The notes under the pieces were generated by a model that made no database searches, had not been told where the DNA came from, and was given only the letters and a program-made list of their open reading frames with translations. A DNA stretch of 64,000 nucleotides from Epiperipatus broadwayi (lineage: Eukaryota; Animalia; Onychophora): NCBI GenBank assembly GCA_028023455.1, contig JAQFVV010000009.1:5704001-5768000 (forward strand), written 5' to 3'. Below, one piece after another: positions 34,171-48,010 of this stretch. A program made the translations under genes and the position numbers. How positions within the stretch are numbered: the stretch's first letter is position 1; each line of letters begins with the position of its first letter.

Positions 34171-35944
34171 AAGTAAAATAACAGCTCCATATACAGATAA
34201 TTTAGTTACAATAATAATTTTACTATGATGAAATTCCTTATTTTAAACATGTTTAAAGAGCCACCACACATTGGGAGATTGTGTTAATATCTAAATCCAC
34301 ATTTCTACTTAAGAAACTACCAAGATACTTTAATTGATTTATATTCTCAAGCTGATAACCACTCAAGTTCTAAAAGTTGCTGAAGATTTTCTCATTGATA
34401 AATCACTTAAATTTATTGAATATTAATTACTAAAGTCTTTATGTGCTACATTCAAAACATTAAGTACATTCTTTAGATTATCTTTTGAACTGTGGGATAA
34501 TTATCAACACAGGCAAAATTTTTCATACACAGTTATATGCTAGCATAAGAAATGGTGATCATGTGATGTTTAGTAGGATAAATATCACATACAATTCAGA
34601 ATCCAAAAAAAAAAAAATGAACTTGTTGATTTTGCTTTTAATCAATTCATTTTAAAAATTTCACTTAACTGCCTATAAACGGTTTCAAAAATCAGTCATA
34701 ATAATTGCAAAAATATTGGAGCAAATACACTTCCTTCAATTCTAATTTTTATTCAAATATCTCAGATTTCCACTTATATTAATATTTTGTCTCATTCCAT
34801 TAAATTCCTTAAACATATTTAAAAAATCAATATATAAATCACTCTTTTGTTCCTAACATATTTCTTCTACTTGCTTGGATATTCCACAGCAATTACTACA
34901 ATCTTATTCTATTTTCTTTATTTTTTAAAAGTGAAACAATAGTAACATTCTTAAGATAAGATCGCCAAGAGATTACATGATAATTACTGCAATCTTATCT
35001 AGTCTCTTTATTTTTAAAAATTGGGACCATAAAAATATCCTTACAATTAGACAATATAACTTCATAAATTTATATACTCTTTATAAGCCTCCAATATTTT
35101 TGAAGCTGACATTTCTTCACAATATTTTAAAACTTCTCCAGGTGCCTCAGCAAAACTGATATCCTTTCCTTATTCGCGTCCCGGCCGATGCTATGACATA
35201 GAAAAAAAAAAAAAAAATCTATAATGATTTTACTAACCTGGATATTTTTTTCCAAATCGAAATAAATAGATAAAAGCTGTCATCTCATTTCTTTTATTAT
35301 TATTCAAAAGATAATCAAAATACTCTTTTGATCTGTTCAAATTATCATTGTCATCATGTAAGAGTGCATTGATGCGATGTTTTTCAAGTTTGTAGGTTGC
35401 TTTTAATGAATCAAAAAAAGATTTAAAATGATCACAGTCAACAAGTGTCTATGTATTTTTTTTTTTAGTTTTAATTAATCAATCATTTTTTTAAATCTTT
35501 TTTTTTTTGTTAGCCATTGAACTTCTACCTTTAAATCTCTGTTTTTATTATAAAGCTTCACATTTTTAATTCATTATTCTGTCAAATAGAAAATGCAGTT
35601 TGTTTTCTTTTAATCAAATCACTAATTGTGAGAAAACCAGTTACGATTTTTCCTTTTTAGTGAACCCCAGAATAGATTTAAATCTCCATAGCATATTCCT
35701 TAAGAGAATTTCATGCTTAATAATATGGCAATTCTAATAGTCTGATTGGCAATTTTAGTATTGAAATTTAACATGAATAATAGCTGCTTCTACAAAATGG
35801 ATATATATATATATATTATCAAGAGCTTTATTGTCTTGGTTTAAATCTTTAAACTTACATGCTTACATCTTATACAAAGTTTAACTCATGATTTAATTTA
35901 TGATTCATGCATATGATGATACATCTGTGGTAACAAATAGATTA

Positions 35945-36360
35945 AAATGCCCTAGACACTAACATCCCTGTTCCCCAGAGGAAGAGAAAAACCAGTGCTG
36001 GCACAGATCCCCTCATCCCAGAGGCCCTGTCCAGGCCCTCAGTGCTCCCCTCCAGGGAGCAAAGATGTGTGAACTTGCAGTCTCAATCCAAGGTAACTTG
36101 ATTTACATAATGTACTATAAGACTTCAAACTGCCATGTCCAATGTCATCTTCACTGCCCAAAGAAAATGAGATCTATGCTGGTAACGATCCCAGATCAAC
36201 CCCTCTCCAGCCCCTGTGGCTGAAGGGCTAGGACTCAGGCAACAGGGACTCTCCTACCACTAGACTCCCAGCTCCAGGCAGCAAAGATGAGCAAACCAGT
36301 GGCAGCCTGAATCAACCAACAATTTTCTATAGCTGTCCCTAGATTTTCAATGGCTGGCAT
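35945..36360. other. Unclassified GC-rich segment, probably a transposon fragment
   Basis: Abrupt rise in GC content, with no ORF of 60 aa or more and no motif I recognise. Confidence 0.35.
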
Positions 36361-37639
36361 ATGATTTTCTCCTTCTTTCTCAAATAAAAGTCTTCTAGTA
36401 TACATCCCAGTAATTTCATGCTTGCATTATGTTCTATATACAGATTATTGCTCAGTTCTAGAAGATGGATGTTGATTTACGAAGTATATTTCTTTTTGAA
36501 TCAAGAGCTTTACTATATTTCTTAGTAATTACTTGTTTTTATTATGTGCTATATATCCATTGATTCATAGTTCCACAGAGCAGATATATATATATATATA
36601 TATATATAGTGTTGTAGAGATCAAAATGTCAGATTTTATTTTGTCCATAATATTCTATTGCATTAATCCATAAGATGATCAAGTGTTGTAAATGTTTCAA
36701 AGTTACAATTAAGGATGATTAATAAAGTCTAGAGATCCAATGTGAATAGCATTTTACAGGTATAATATAGAATCTCCAGTTTAAGATTGGTGAGTGAAAA
36801 CTAAAAAAACATATGAATAAAGCATTTGAGCAATTCACTGTTAATAAAATTAAGTAAAGTGAGCCTCTTGGATTAAATCACCTTAGTTTCAACTGCACTA
36901 AGCAAAGTTTTCTTTTTTTAAATAAAATCTCTGATTTATAACATAAGCACTTAAATCACAACGAATAATGTTCTTTCTTTTTAATGGGTGAGATAGTCAG
37001 CATTATCAACAATTTCCACAGAATCCTCCCCCAACTCCCTTTCACATTAGAGCTGGGGATTGGGTCTCTAGGGACCCTCCCATCAACTAGACCATCTCAG
37101 TCAGTCAGAAAAATTGTTTAAAATAGATTTTTCTTTAAAACTACAATCTTTATGGAAATCTTTAGTAATTTTTATGGCTGCCATTTAATTTTCATAGCGT
37201 TTTTAAGAAAAGTTATAATTATTCCTTAGTTGTGATCAACTGGTGACATACCTTGTATCTGGAAAGATAGCTAAGAAGCTACTCTTCTAAATAGAACTAC
37301 TTTCAGGGAGATTTAACTCCCTAAACTAGGAAATTTGTGGGATCCAGTAACAGAATCAGCTGGAGTCATTGGTTCCCTCTAGTTGACCAAGTGGATATTA
37401 ACTTCCAAACATGATAGGAATGACATTTTAAATGTAATTAGTATTTTTATCTTGGAGTGCACTAATCTATAATCTGTCCAACAAACTAAACTTGTAAATA
37501 AAATACTCATGTAATATGAACATCTTTTGTATTCTGCCTTCTAAACATAATGTAATCTATTAAATACCATTGTTTTGAATATGCATACATCCATGTTCCT
37601 TTGTAATGATTATTGTCTAAATAAAATGGCCATGATTTA

Positions 37640-38360
37640 CTAATCTGTGTGCTATTACTAACAGTTGAATGTAATTTGGAAATTTAAATAAAGTTACATT
37701 TTTCTAAAGACATTCAATGTTTAATATTAGATAGTGGGAATAGTCCAACAAATAAATACAATCAATGTGTTCTTCACATTCTGAATTGATATTGTTTGAT
37801 TTAAAAGTGAGATAAACCTGATCATGCTTTTCATGAGAAAGATAGACCATTTACATTATAAAGATTTTCTTGGAAGTTATTCTAATAGATTGTTTTCACT
37901 GGAAAGATATGGCAGAGAATACAATACATTGGAAAATTAAGGGTTTTCCTGAAGATTTGCGATGTTGGTATTTTAGTTGTATTTATTGTTTGGACTATTT
38001 CCATCATCTAATATGAGTATTGTAATATCTTTAGAAAAAATTAATTTTATTTAAATATTCTAAACACATTCAACTGTTAATAATAAAACACAAGTTAATA
38101 TATGTTTCGAGAGGTATTATTCTCCCTTCTTCTTCAGGTATTGCTGGCCTGACCTGTAACTCTAGAATCTAAGGGTCCAGGTTTGATTCCCATGATAGTA
38201 CTGTTACTTGTCAGGTGAGCAATACCCAAAGAAGAGGAAAGAATAATATCTCTTGAAAACAATGAGCATATACTAACCTGTTTGATGTGTTATTACTAAC
38301 AGTCGAATGTATTTGGAACATTCAATACTCATATTTGATTATGGAAATAGTCCAAACAAT
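37640..38360. mobile_element. Three partial copies of the family D terminal repeat in alternating orientation
   Basis: 37645-37762 (+), 37976-38152 (-) and 38160-38365 (+) share gtgctattactaacagttgaat..aatagtccaaacaataaata. The last copy has the B-box remnant ggtttgattccc. Confidence 0.8.
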
Positions 38361-41300
38361 AAATATAATGATATTGAAGTATTTGCAAAAGAAACCTTTA
38401 TTGCAGAAGAATTTAAAAGACTACATTGCAAAATATCAAATAAACAGAAGGTTGAATGAATGTGTTTTGCATATGAAAATATTTGGGATTCACAGATTGA
38501 TTTATATAGTCATTGCAAAATTCATTTCTGGTGCACTATTTATATTTTTTGACTTTTTAGAATTGAAATGATCATACTCATTCATGAGTGACAGCTGCTA
38601 CTGATTAACCGATATATCTAAAATTACATATGTCCACATATATGACTGAGTGTATTATTGATATATCACTGAATTTGATTCATTATCATGCATATTCTTT
38701 AAAATGTTTGTAAAATAAATACAAATATAAAACCTTACACAAAAATCTTAATAATTGTAAATTTATTTTAGTTCAATTATTTTTTTATATTATCATGAAA
38801 TGATATTTTTGATATACATTGTGTTAGTTTAAGTAAATATTATAGAAATATTATACCAGAAAATAGATAAGTTAAGGCAGTCACATCTCATTATAATCAG
38901 ATTTAAGGTCTTCATATAGGAGGCCATGAATAATATGATTTAATTTTAATATAAAACTATATCTATTCCAAATAAATAATTTATTATTAATATAAATTAT
39001 ATCTAAACCACATCAAATTAATTTTCACCTTAATTGATTTAACTGTTATGCTCAGATTTCAAATTCAGGGAAATTTAACAATTGACTCTCTTCAGGGGTT
39101 CCTATCAATATACTAGAGTAATAATAATAAATCTCACTAGCTTTTTAAAATGGGTTTCATGAAGTTAATATAATAATCAATAAAGCTTATATATTAAACG
39201 TTTGATCTTACCTTATAAAATCAAATAAATAAAATAAAGACTTCTGTTTAGTTTAATATAAACATAATAATTATCTATTTACCAAATAAATATTTTAAAC
39301 TTTATAATATATAAGAATTATTTATATATCTACTATTTTATATTTTAAATATAAATATATTCTATTTACCCACAGTAGATATATTTTTTAATTTATAACA
39401 CTATATGATTTTATAACTTATATAAAGTATATATATCTAAATATGATAGTTTTAATATAGTAATCTTAATGATTATACAAATAATAATCTAATTATTTGT
39501 ATATAATGTTTTCATCCATTAAAATGATTATATGTAATTATTCATCATTAATACAAAAAATAAAAAATATATATAAATATATTTCATACCAATGTTAATC
39601 ATTTATCTGACTCTAACAAACAAAGTAGTGTCACGTCATAAAAAATAATAATATGTAAATTGAAGAATAATTTAATTTCTTACCTCTAAATTCACTCTAT
39701 CCCTTTTATATGTTTATTTCCCATGTTAATATTTCTTATCCCATATCTAAATTTTTATTAAATATATAAAATATATATTTTAAATTATTAATCTTCTCTT
39801 TTTATTCATTCTTTAATGAAATGAATTCAATGATAAAGGAAATGAGATTAACGTTCACCAATTATAATTTTTAAAAATTAAATGGTATTTATAAAAGTTA
39901 ATGCAATAGTCCTAGATGTTCCTGGAATTCGTGAATGAAAATCCTTCAAAGATACAATTCTTAATTCCTTAGTTGTTGTGCATTGAAGAAGATAATATGA
40001 GATCTCAAGTTGACATTTAGATTCCTCCTTGCATATAGATAGCATCTTCTTTTATTTATACACAGTTCTTTTATTAACAATTATAATTCCATTTCGAAGA
40101 TATAGCTTATATATAATTTTAAAGGCATTTGGCAAAAGTTGTTATTCACATATATATATATATTTGACTAGACAGGCACATTTTATATATTGTACAATAA
40201 AACTGGTGTTCTATTCACTTTGCATTTTTCTTATAATGTAAAGTTCATTAATTTAATTTGCTTGAAGTTTTTATAAAAATGTTTTTTTAAAATGATCTTT
40301 ATATTTAGAACTCCAACTAGAACGATCTTTATAGAATACAAAAATTCTATTCAAATTAAGTAATTTAGAAATTACTTTTCTTTAAGAAATATTAGAAATT
40401 TCTTCCAATAAGCTTTCTTATTAAATTGTTTAAGAATATGGATTTTATTCTATACACCGTTCTTTAAATCGAACACAGTGTAAGTCCTTGTGAGGATGTT
40501 TTTGAAAAGATAGAATCTTTTATCTTTCTAATAAATTATTTGATTTTTCCTATTTATAGTTGCATGAGCTTGCTAAAGCATATCATATTATATATTGTGA
40601 TATTACCATTTTATATTAAATCATTGAGTTAACTTCATTCCCTTTAATTTGATAAATTGCATTTGAACTTAAACGTTATCACCTTGTCAATTGTCTTTAT
40701 TAATGAATTAGTATTTCAACAATGGTTTTTCATTTTAAAGAATGAAAAATATTATTTTACTATGTTATATATTTATTTTCATAAATCTAATAGAAATAAA
40801 AATATAATGTATGCATATATTTGATTATATGTATGTGTGAGTAATATATACTCATATATTTCTCCTCAACTAAAGAGGGTTAAAATAAAGTAATATTTTA
40901 TTTTAATTCATTTTTATCATCATTTATGCATTATTACAATACATATTTCTTCTTTTTTTATTTCCCCTTCAACGACGTAAGATTTTAAATTCTTAATCAA
41001 TTATTAGAGAAAAAAATATGATTTTTAATTATATTTAATAATTAAATTGCTTTATGGGCAATTGGGTTCTTTTTTTTTTACGTCTTAAATATGGTACATC
41101 TCATATAATTTGTTTTCATCAAATCATAGATTAGATGTAATATCATTTCTATAATATCACCATTTATTCTGACTATTTTATTTTAAAATTATTATCTATT
41201 AAAGTTAAATAATTTAATAATATTTTATTATGTAAAAATTATTATATAGATTACTTTCTTTTTATCCACTTCTTTCAATCAATTTCCATATAATGTATTC

Positions 41301-41417
41301 TTATCAATATAATAAATATTTGGAATGGTCTATCAAAATATTTATATGGTAGAAAACCTGATCATTTTGTAACTAAGTTTTAATAGTTAGTTCATAAGTA
41401 TTTTATGTATAAATCAA

Positions 41418-41565
41418 TTTAAAGTGCCAATCCTGCTCCTTTTTGAGACTTACTAGATTATCACTGACATCCAATAAATGAATATACATAAACTTATTTA
41501 AAGGTACTAATCCTGCTCTTTAATTTTTGAGACTTACTAGATTATCTTTAGCATCCAATAAACAT
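41418..41565. repeat. ~85-bp tandem duplication in the gypsy 3' region
   Basis: aatcctgctc..ttttgagacttactagattatc...catccaataaa occurs twice. Confidence 0.8.
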
Positions 41566-41834
41566 ATCAGTTGGAATTCATTTATGAATTTGCCAACCTA
41601 TAAGTGAGCAGTCTTCTGTTTCCATATTAATGGTATGATCCATCCTAGGTTTTATTTTTATAAATGAATTTAAAATTTTTTTAGACACAATTATATATAG
41701 TATTTCCTTCTCTTTCATAACTTAATTCTTTACATTTCTTCACTTTAATCCTAATAATTATTACATAATTTAGGTATTACATAACTTATGGTAATTGATT
41801 ATTTAAGGCAATTATTATATTTTTCCTTGATAGG

Positions 41835-43034
41835 GCTTTAATATACAAGCATTATAAGTACCTCATATCTCACCATCACAATCTAACCAGTATGCATTTG
41901 GTCCAGCTTTCTTTATAATAGTAAACGGTCCTTCATAAGTATTACAAAATTTGTGAAAAATAAAATTTGTGGATTACTAACATCTGGAGTCTTTAAAAAT
42001 ACTTTATCACCTACTTTAAATTGATAATTTGACTTGAATGGATTTTTATGACATTTTTGAGCCATTTGTATCATTTTTCTAAAGCTTCTTTTCTATCTTT
42101 TTCAATATTTATGGTTAAATTAGGGATTGATAGTTTATAATATTTAAATAATATTGGTATATTTTGTTTTAATTGTAATTTAATGGGTGTGAATCCAGTG
42201 GATTCGTTAACACTCCAATTTATATAATTTACCATATCTGATGTGTGCTTTACCCACCCCTTGTGCCTATCTTTCAAATAACTTCTAAACAAACATCCAA
42301 GTTCCCGCATTATGCGTTCACATGGGTTGATTGAGGATTTCTTATAGAAGTAAGCACATTTTATTTGATGTTTATTTACGCATGTATTCCATTCTTTGGA
42401 TAGGAAGGGTGGGCCATGATCAGTTAAGAGGATCATAGGTTTCTCTATCCTTTCAAAATGGAAGGTGTCTAATACTTTAATAGTATATCTAGTATTAGCT
42501 TGGAGTATTGGATAAGCAGACACAAATTTAGAAAAGAGATTATAAGCTACTACTAAAATTTTTTTTTTATTAAATGGAGGTAAGGGTCCATAGTAGTCTA
42601 TAGCTAAGATCTTATTTGGTCTTTCTGGAATGATAGAATTCATTGAACAAACAATTTTTATTTACTGGTTTAGCTCTCAAACATATTTGACAATTTTGAA
42701 TTTCATTCAAAACATATTTATGCATATTAGGCCAATAAAAGCAATTTTTTATTGTTTGGTCAGTTTTATAGACACCATAATGTCCATATAAACAATGTAT
42801 ATATTGTATGAGTGCTTTCTTTAGTATTTCAGATATTACTACCCTCCACTCATTTAAATTATTAATTTTATATTTCAAGATCATATTATCTATCTTATAT
42901 AATTGAAGATTACTGGCTGTATACAGAATTTCCTCCTTATTTAATGTTTTAATAATCAGCATTGAATTTTTATATTGATTTTGTAAATTATGAATATTTA
43001 TTAAATCGTTCTCTTTATTTTCATTAACTATCAA
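41835..43034 (-). pseudogene. Gypsy integrase (HHCC, DDE core, GPY/F)
   Basis: HCLYGHYGVYKT..CQICLRAK, ILAIDYYGPLP, LLTDHGPPF, ERIMREL; then FKVGDKVFLK and YEGPFTII..GPNAY at ~41880-42030. Confidence 0.9.
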
Positions 43035-43149
43035 GTCAATATTTAGGCATTATCTTCTGATAAATGTAATTGCTCCGATTTACATGGATTTCGACTTAGT
43101 GCATCTGCTACAACATTCTTGGATCCTTTACAATATTTAATTGTATAAT

Positions 43150-44434
43150 TGAATTCTTGTAATAACAGACTCCATCTCACTAATCAAGAATTAGTCAAGT
43201 AGCTGTGATTCAAGAATTTGAGGCTTTTATGATCAGTTATCACTATCACCTCTGATACAAGAAGCATCTGTCGAAATTTTTGAAAAGCCCACACTATTTC
43301 TAGTGCTTCTTTCTCTGTAACCTTATAATTCAATTCAGAACCTTTTAATAGATGGCTAATAAAATAGAGGACTCCTGTTTGGCCATCCTTTTGGATTTGA
43401 GATAAAGTTACTCATAATCCATAACCGCTACTATCTGTTTGTAAGATAAATGGTTTGCTAAAACCAGGAAAAGCTAATATAGTTTGCTTTAAAAATCCAG
43501 CTTTGATTTTAGCAAATGCAGTCCATTTCCATTTCTCATCTTTTCTAATAAGTTTTAACAATGGTTCCATGTAATCAGAACATTTTTGGTAGAAATGATT
43601 ATAAAAATTACATATTCCTAAAAATGATCTTGTTTTTTTATTTGTGAGTTTAGGGAAATTCTGTGTAGCACTAATCTTATCCGGATGAGGTTTAATCCCA
43701 TTGTGACTAACAATATGACCTAAGAAGATCACTTCATTGGATACCAAAGTGCTTTTCTTAAAATTGATTTTTATTCCTGTGTCAGAACACTCTTTAAAAA
43801 ACATTTTTATATGTTGAAGATGTTCTTCAATTGTAGTTGATGCAATTATAACATCATCTACATATATTGTTACAATCTGTTTTATATCAGGAGATAAGAT
43901 TTTATCCAAGCACCTAATTAAGGCAGCACCACTATTGATCAATCCAAATGTCATCCTATTAAATTGGTAAGTAAATCCTTCATACCGAAACGCTGTATAT
44001 TGGCGATCTTCAGGATGAACTTCTATTTTCCAATAGCTTGAGGTCAAATCGAAAGTAGAAAATACTTCCTTGTTTCCAAATCTCATAAATAATTCATCTA
44101 TGGGCGGTGGTGTATTTCTGTCAGGGACAGTAATTTTGTTTAGTTGTCTAGCATCTAAACAAAATCTCATCGACCCATCTTTCTTCTTCACCATTACAAC
44201 TGGATTACAGTAAGATGAAGAGCATTTGGAAATGATTTCCCATTCAAGCATTTTATTAATTTGTTTATATATTTCTTCTCTATATTGATAAGGAATAGAA
44301 TAAGATTTGGATTGAAAAGGTTGATCATTAATTAATTTTATTCTTTGCTGAAAACCTTCAATAACTCCTGGTATTTCTGAGAATATTATATTCATTAATA
44401 ATAGATTACAATTTATTAACATTATCGCCATCAA
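43150..44434 (-). pseudogene. Gypsy reverse transcriptase plus RNase H
   Basis: PVVMVKKKDGSMRFCLDARQLN, FSTFDL, YQFNRMTFGL, YVDD, FLGHIV, FILQTDSSGYG. Confidence 0.95.
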
Positions 44435-44876
44435 TTAAATTTGATTCAGCAAGTTTTGATTTTACAAGTATTTCTGGTGTGTTTGACATTATACAATCAA
44501 TTTCAAATAGATCATACTTTGGAGACAATGTCATCCTTAAAACCTCATCACCTACCTTAACTATCTTATTTTTAAAATCAATCAAACATTTGTTCAGATG
44601 TAAAAAGTCTACTCCCAATATCATTTCATGAATGAGTCAAGTTAATATCAAAAAGACATGATAAATATGTGTTTGATTAATAGTCAGTTTGATCCAGATT
44701 TGCTTTTGAATTAATTTGACTCTTTTATTGTTAGCTAGGGTAATCTGTACTGATTTTAGAGATAAGGTTTTAATATGTGAATTTTTATCCATCAACTTTT
44801 TATAAAACTCCTCAGACATTACAGATATTTGGCTATCTCTATCTAATAAGGCTCTAACTTGCAAATCTTCAAACAT
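44406..44876 (-). pseudogene. Gypsy aspartic protease, degenerate
   Basis: ALLDRDSQISVM (decayed LLD[TS]G) and ILGVDFL. Confidence 0.8.
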
Positions 44877-45031
44877 AATATTAATTAATGGATAATTTTG
44901 TACAGCATGCTTGGGCTCATCATCTTCCTCTGAACATATTATGTTGGTGATTTTTTTAACTAAAATTTTATTTTTGTTTCTCGTTTTAAATATGGGTCTT
45001 TGAGGAGAGGAACTATTTCCGAAGACCCTTT

Positions 45032-46700
45032 TTAATTTAATTTAGCTGTTGTTTTGGATATATTTTTATTATACCCTATTTTACTTTTATTTGATCCACT
45101 AGTAGATACTATACTGTTAATTTTTGAAATTTGATGTTTATCAGAACTTAGTTTAACTTCTGCATTATTATCAGTCTTCATTGTTTTATTTTGAGAATGA
45201 TTAAAAATCTTATGTTTTCTTTTTTTATAATTAATAGCATTTACTTGAATATCTTCTTTCTTTCTTTCAAAATACTTTTGATTAACATTTTGATTATTTG
45301 AGTCTATATTATTTAAAATATCCATAATTTGTTCGATATTTTGCGCATTATAAAATAATAAAGACTGCTCAATTTTCATAGATAAGTTATGTTTCACTAT
45401 ATGAATAATTTGATTTTGGCTAAAATGATATGTATCAAGAGTTTTCAATTTTGATACCTGTCTTCTAAAAAATTTAATAAGAATTTCACCTGGCATATTT
45501 TTATATTTTTCCTGAAGTATTTGATATAACAGTGATTCTTCGTGATCATTATTCCAAAAATTCTTTATCAATAATTTTGATATTCTTCAAAAGTTTTAGG
45601 TATTTGGAATAATGATTCCCACTATGATAAAGCATCACTTTGTAAATGACCATATGCTACAATCAATTTTTCATCTTCTATCGAATTACTATTTACTGAA
45701 AATTAACATTTTCTTTTTGCAGACTTATAGATTATTGTTGATTGTGATGGTGAGCAAAGTCTTCTATAGAATAACTAATATTATCATTATTATTTTGTGC
45801 CCTTGGCATGTTTTCCATCTCAATTACTATTTTATCTTGATGTTCCTTATTTGGATCTTCCCTTATCCTATTAATAGCTTCTAATATTTGATTAAATTTA
45901 TCTGAAGTAGTGTCTTTTTTAATATTATATAATTTAATCTTTTTGCAAGCTTGGGTATAATTTTCCATCATTATTTTTCTTTCTTTCTCAAATTCATCCT
46001 TCAAAATTTTTATTGTTTGATCTACAGTAATACTTTTATTTTCCAATTGATTAAGTATATCTGATTGATTCTCTAATAATATTTCAATATTATCTTTATT
46101 TAATTTTAAATCTGTATCAATCAAATTTTGTTTCACGTTTAAACATTGAAAATCTTTTTCCATAGACTGAATATTCTTTTCTTGGTTATTAATTTCTACT
46201 TGGTCATCTTTTATTTTTGCATCTATAACCTTTTCAGTCTCTTCTTGGATTTTACATATTTCAATTTGAAAATGATTGTATAGTTTTTATTTCTAAAAAT
46301 TTGTTTTCTACTTTATTTTCTGTTTGTTTCAAATTCAAAAATTTTTTTTTGACACCTAAGATCTGTTTCCTCAATGACCTTTTGAATTTTTTGAATTTCA
46401 TTATTCATATTCGTTTGTATTTGTGATACCTCATCCTTTAAATCTATTTTTATATTATCTAATTTTATTGATAATTCATTTGTGATATTTGCTTTCAAAT
46501 TTTCCAACTTGGTATCCATCTTTGCAGTCAAATCTACTTTCAGATTTTCCATCTTGGTATCCATATTTGCAGACAAATCTACTTTCAAATTTTACATCTC
46601 TACTTTCATATTTGCATTTAAATTTTCCGTCATTTGTTGCATCATTAACATCATTTGACTTAATGATGGATTATGCATGATTCTATATTTGTATTTAATT
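45032..46700 (-). pseudogene. Gypsy gag region with an N-terminal coiled coil containing 11-residue repeats
   Basis: ORFs 46313-46588, 45732-46163 and 45032-45571 are colinear upstream of the protease; KVDLSANMDTKMENLKVDLTAKMDTKLENLK. Confidence 0.65.
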
Positions 46701-47655
46701 TCCAATCATTTTAAAATCTTAAAAATGTTGACTGCTATGTACAATGTTTCCTTATTTAATTAATAATTATCTTGCAGATCATCAGGCCATCTTGTTCAGC
46801 TCTGTAAATATTTCTTTTTATTTTCCAACTTTCCTGATGTAATATATATATAAAAACAGTAATCCTTTTTTTTTTTTTAAATTTAAATATTAAATTCGTT
46901 TCTATCACCTTTGAGTTTAACATTTTTCTATGAAAGTGCCATTTTTCATATTTATTACTTTTTAAGTAAATATTATTTTATATAGTTCTGATTTACAAAA
47001 CTTGCGTTCATCAAATATTATATATATATTTTAAAACAAAAATATTCTGCTTGCGTGTTTATTTTTATACTTTCAATTATTTAGTTCCCTCTCATGTTAT
47101 TTTTTAAAATATCAATTGCATCATCTAATATTAAGAAAAATATTTTTTGGTTTTTACTTTCATTACTTGTATTTAGTTAGATCTCCATCGTTTTAATTAA
47201 TTTAATGAACAGGGTTAAAAGAAGAAATCACCAAATGTTTTTTTCCTACCATTAAAAAAAAAGGCAATTTATTTGAAGTGACTTAGTCCATACAGTTGTC
47301 TAGCATTAAACAAAATAAGTCATTTCTTTTAATTTCCTCACTTTAAGATCCATTTCACATAGCTTCATTAGTAAAGTGGCTCTTGTCATTACAGTGCCAC
47401 CTAGAGATCATTGATAAAACAAATAAAGCAAATGATTCTCATGGTCAACAGTAACTTCTTTGTAAACAATTTAATTTTTGCTATTACTATTAATAATAGT
47501 AGCAGGAATAGTGTATTAATTTTAATTTTGTAATAAATATATATTTTTAAATAAAAATCTGGTTGGTTCGTTCTTTTATACAGAATTTTATTTTTAAAAA
47601 ACATAAATACAGTACTTAAACTTTTTTAAATAATTATTTTGTCTGCTTATATATA

Positions 47656-48010
47656 TGTTGGAGTAATGAGCACATCAAAAATAGTCGACAAATTATATAT
47701 ATACAACGAAATACATTGTTTATCATCAACAAGAGACAGGTCCTGCTACACTCCAAGTCTTTCTGATTTTTATTCGTCACAGATTCTTCAACATATCTTT
47801 CATGATTCCTATAAATATGTGCTCCAAATTTATTTCTTTATATAATTTCCTTAAAATCTTTACTTTTTTAAAACATTTCTAAATTTGCTAATCGTACAAT
47901 CTCCCAACTTTATATTCTCTTTCAAATTCATGTATATATAATATTCAAAGACTGTCACTATAAAACAATTTAGCTGCCATCTAGCAATTGTAATTCAGTC
48001 AACTGTTTAC
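47656..48010 (-). repeat. Candidate LTR remnant upstream of the gypsy gag
   Basis: The minus strand starts TGTAA and ends CAACA, with AATAAA in its 3' half. No PBS follows it and no second copy was found. Confidence 0.25.

Larger units (their letters stand above)
41835..46700 (-). mobile_element. Decayed Ty3/gypsy LTR retrotransposon internal region (gag-PR-RT-RNaseH-INT); LTRs not identified
   Basis: Domain order PR-RT-RH-INT, with many stops and frameshifts. Confidence 0.95.

Noticed and set aside
38900-41400. Decayed env-like third ORF downstream of the gypsy integrase
   Set aside because: The frames I spot-translated are full of stops, with no recognisable envelope motif, and no 3' LTR could be located.
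47971-47979. TGGCAGC as a tRNA-Leu PBS for the gypsy element
   Set aside because: Only a 7-nt match, and it lies inside a common CTAGATGGC motif rather than after an LTR end.
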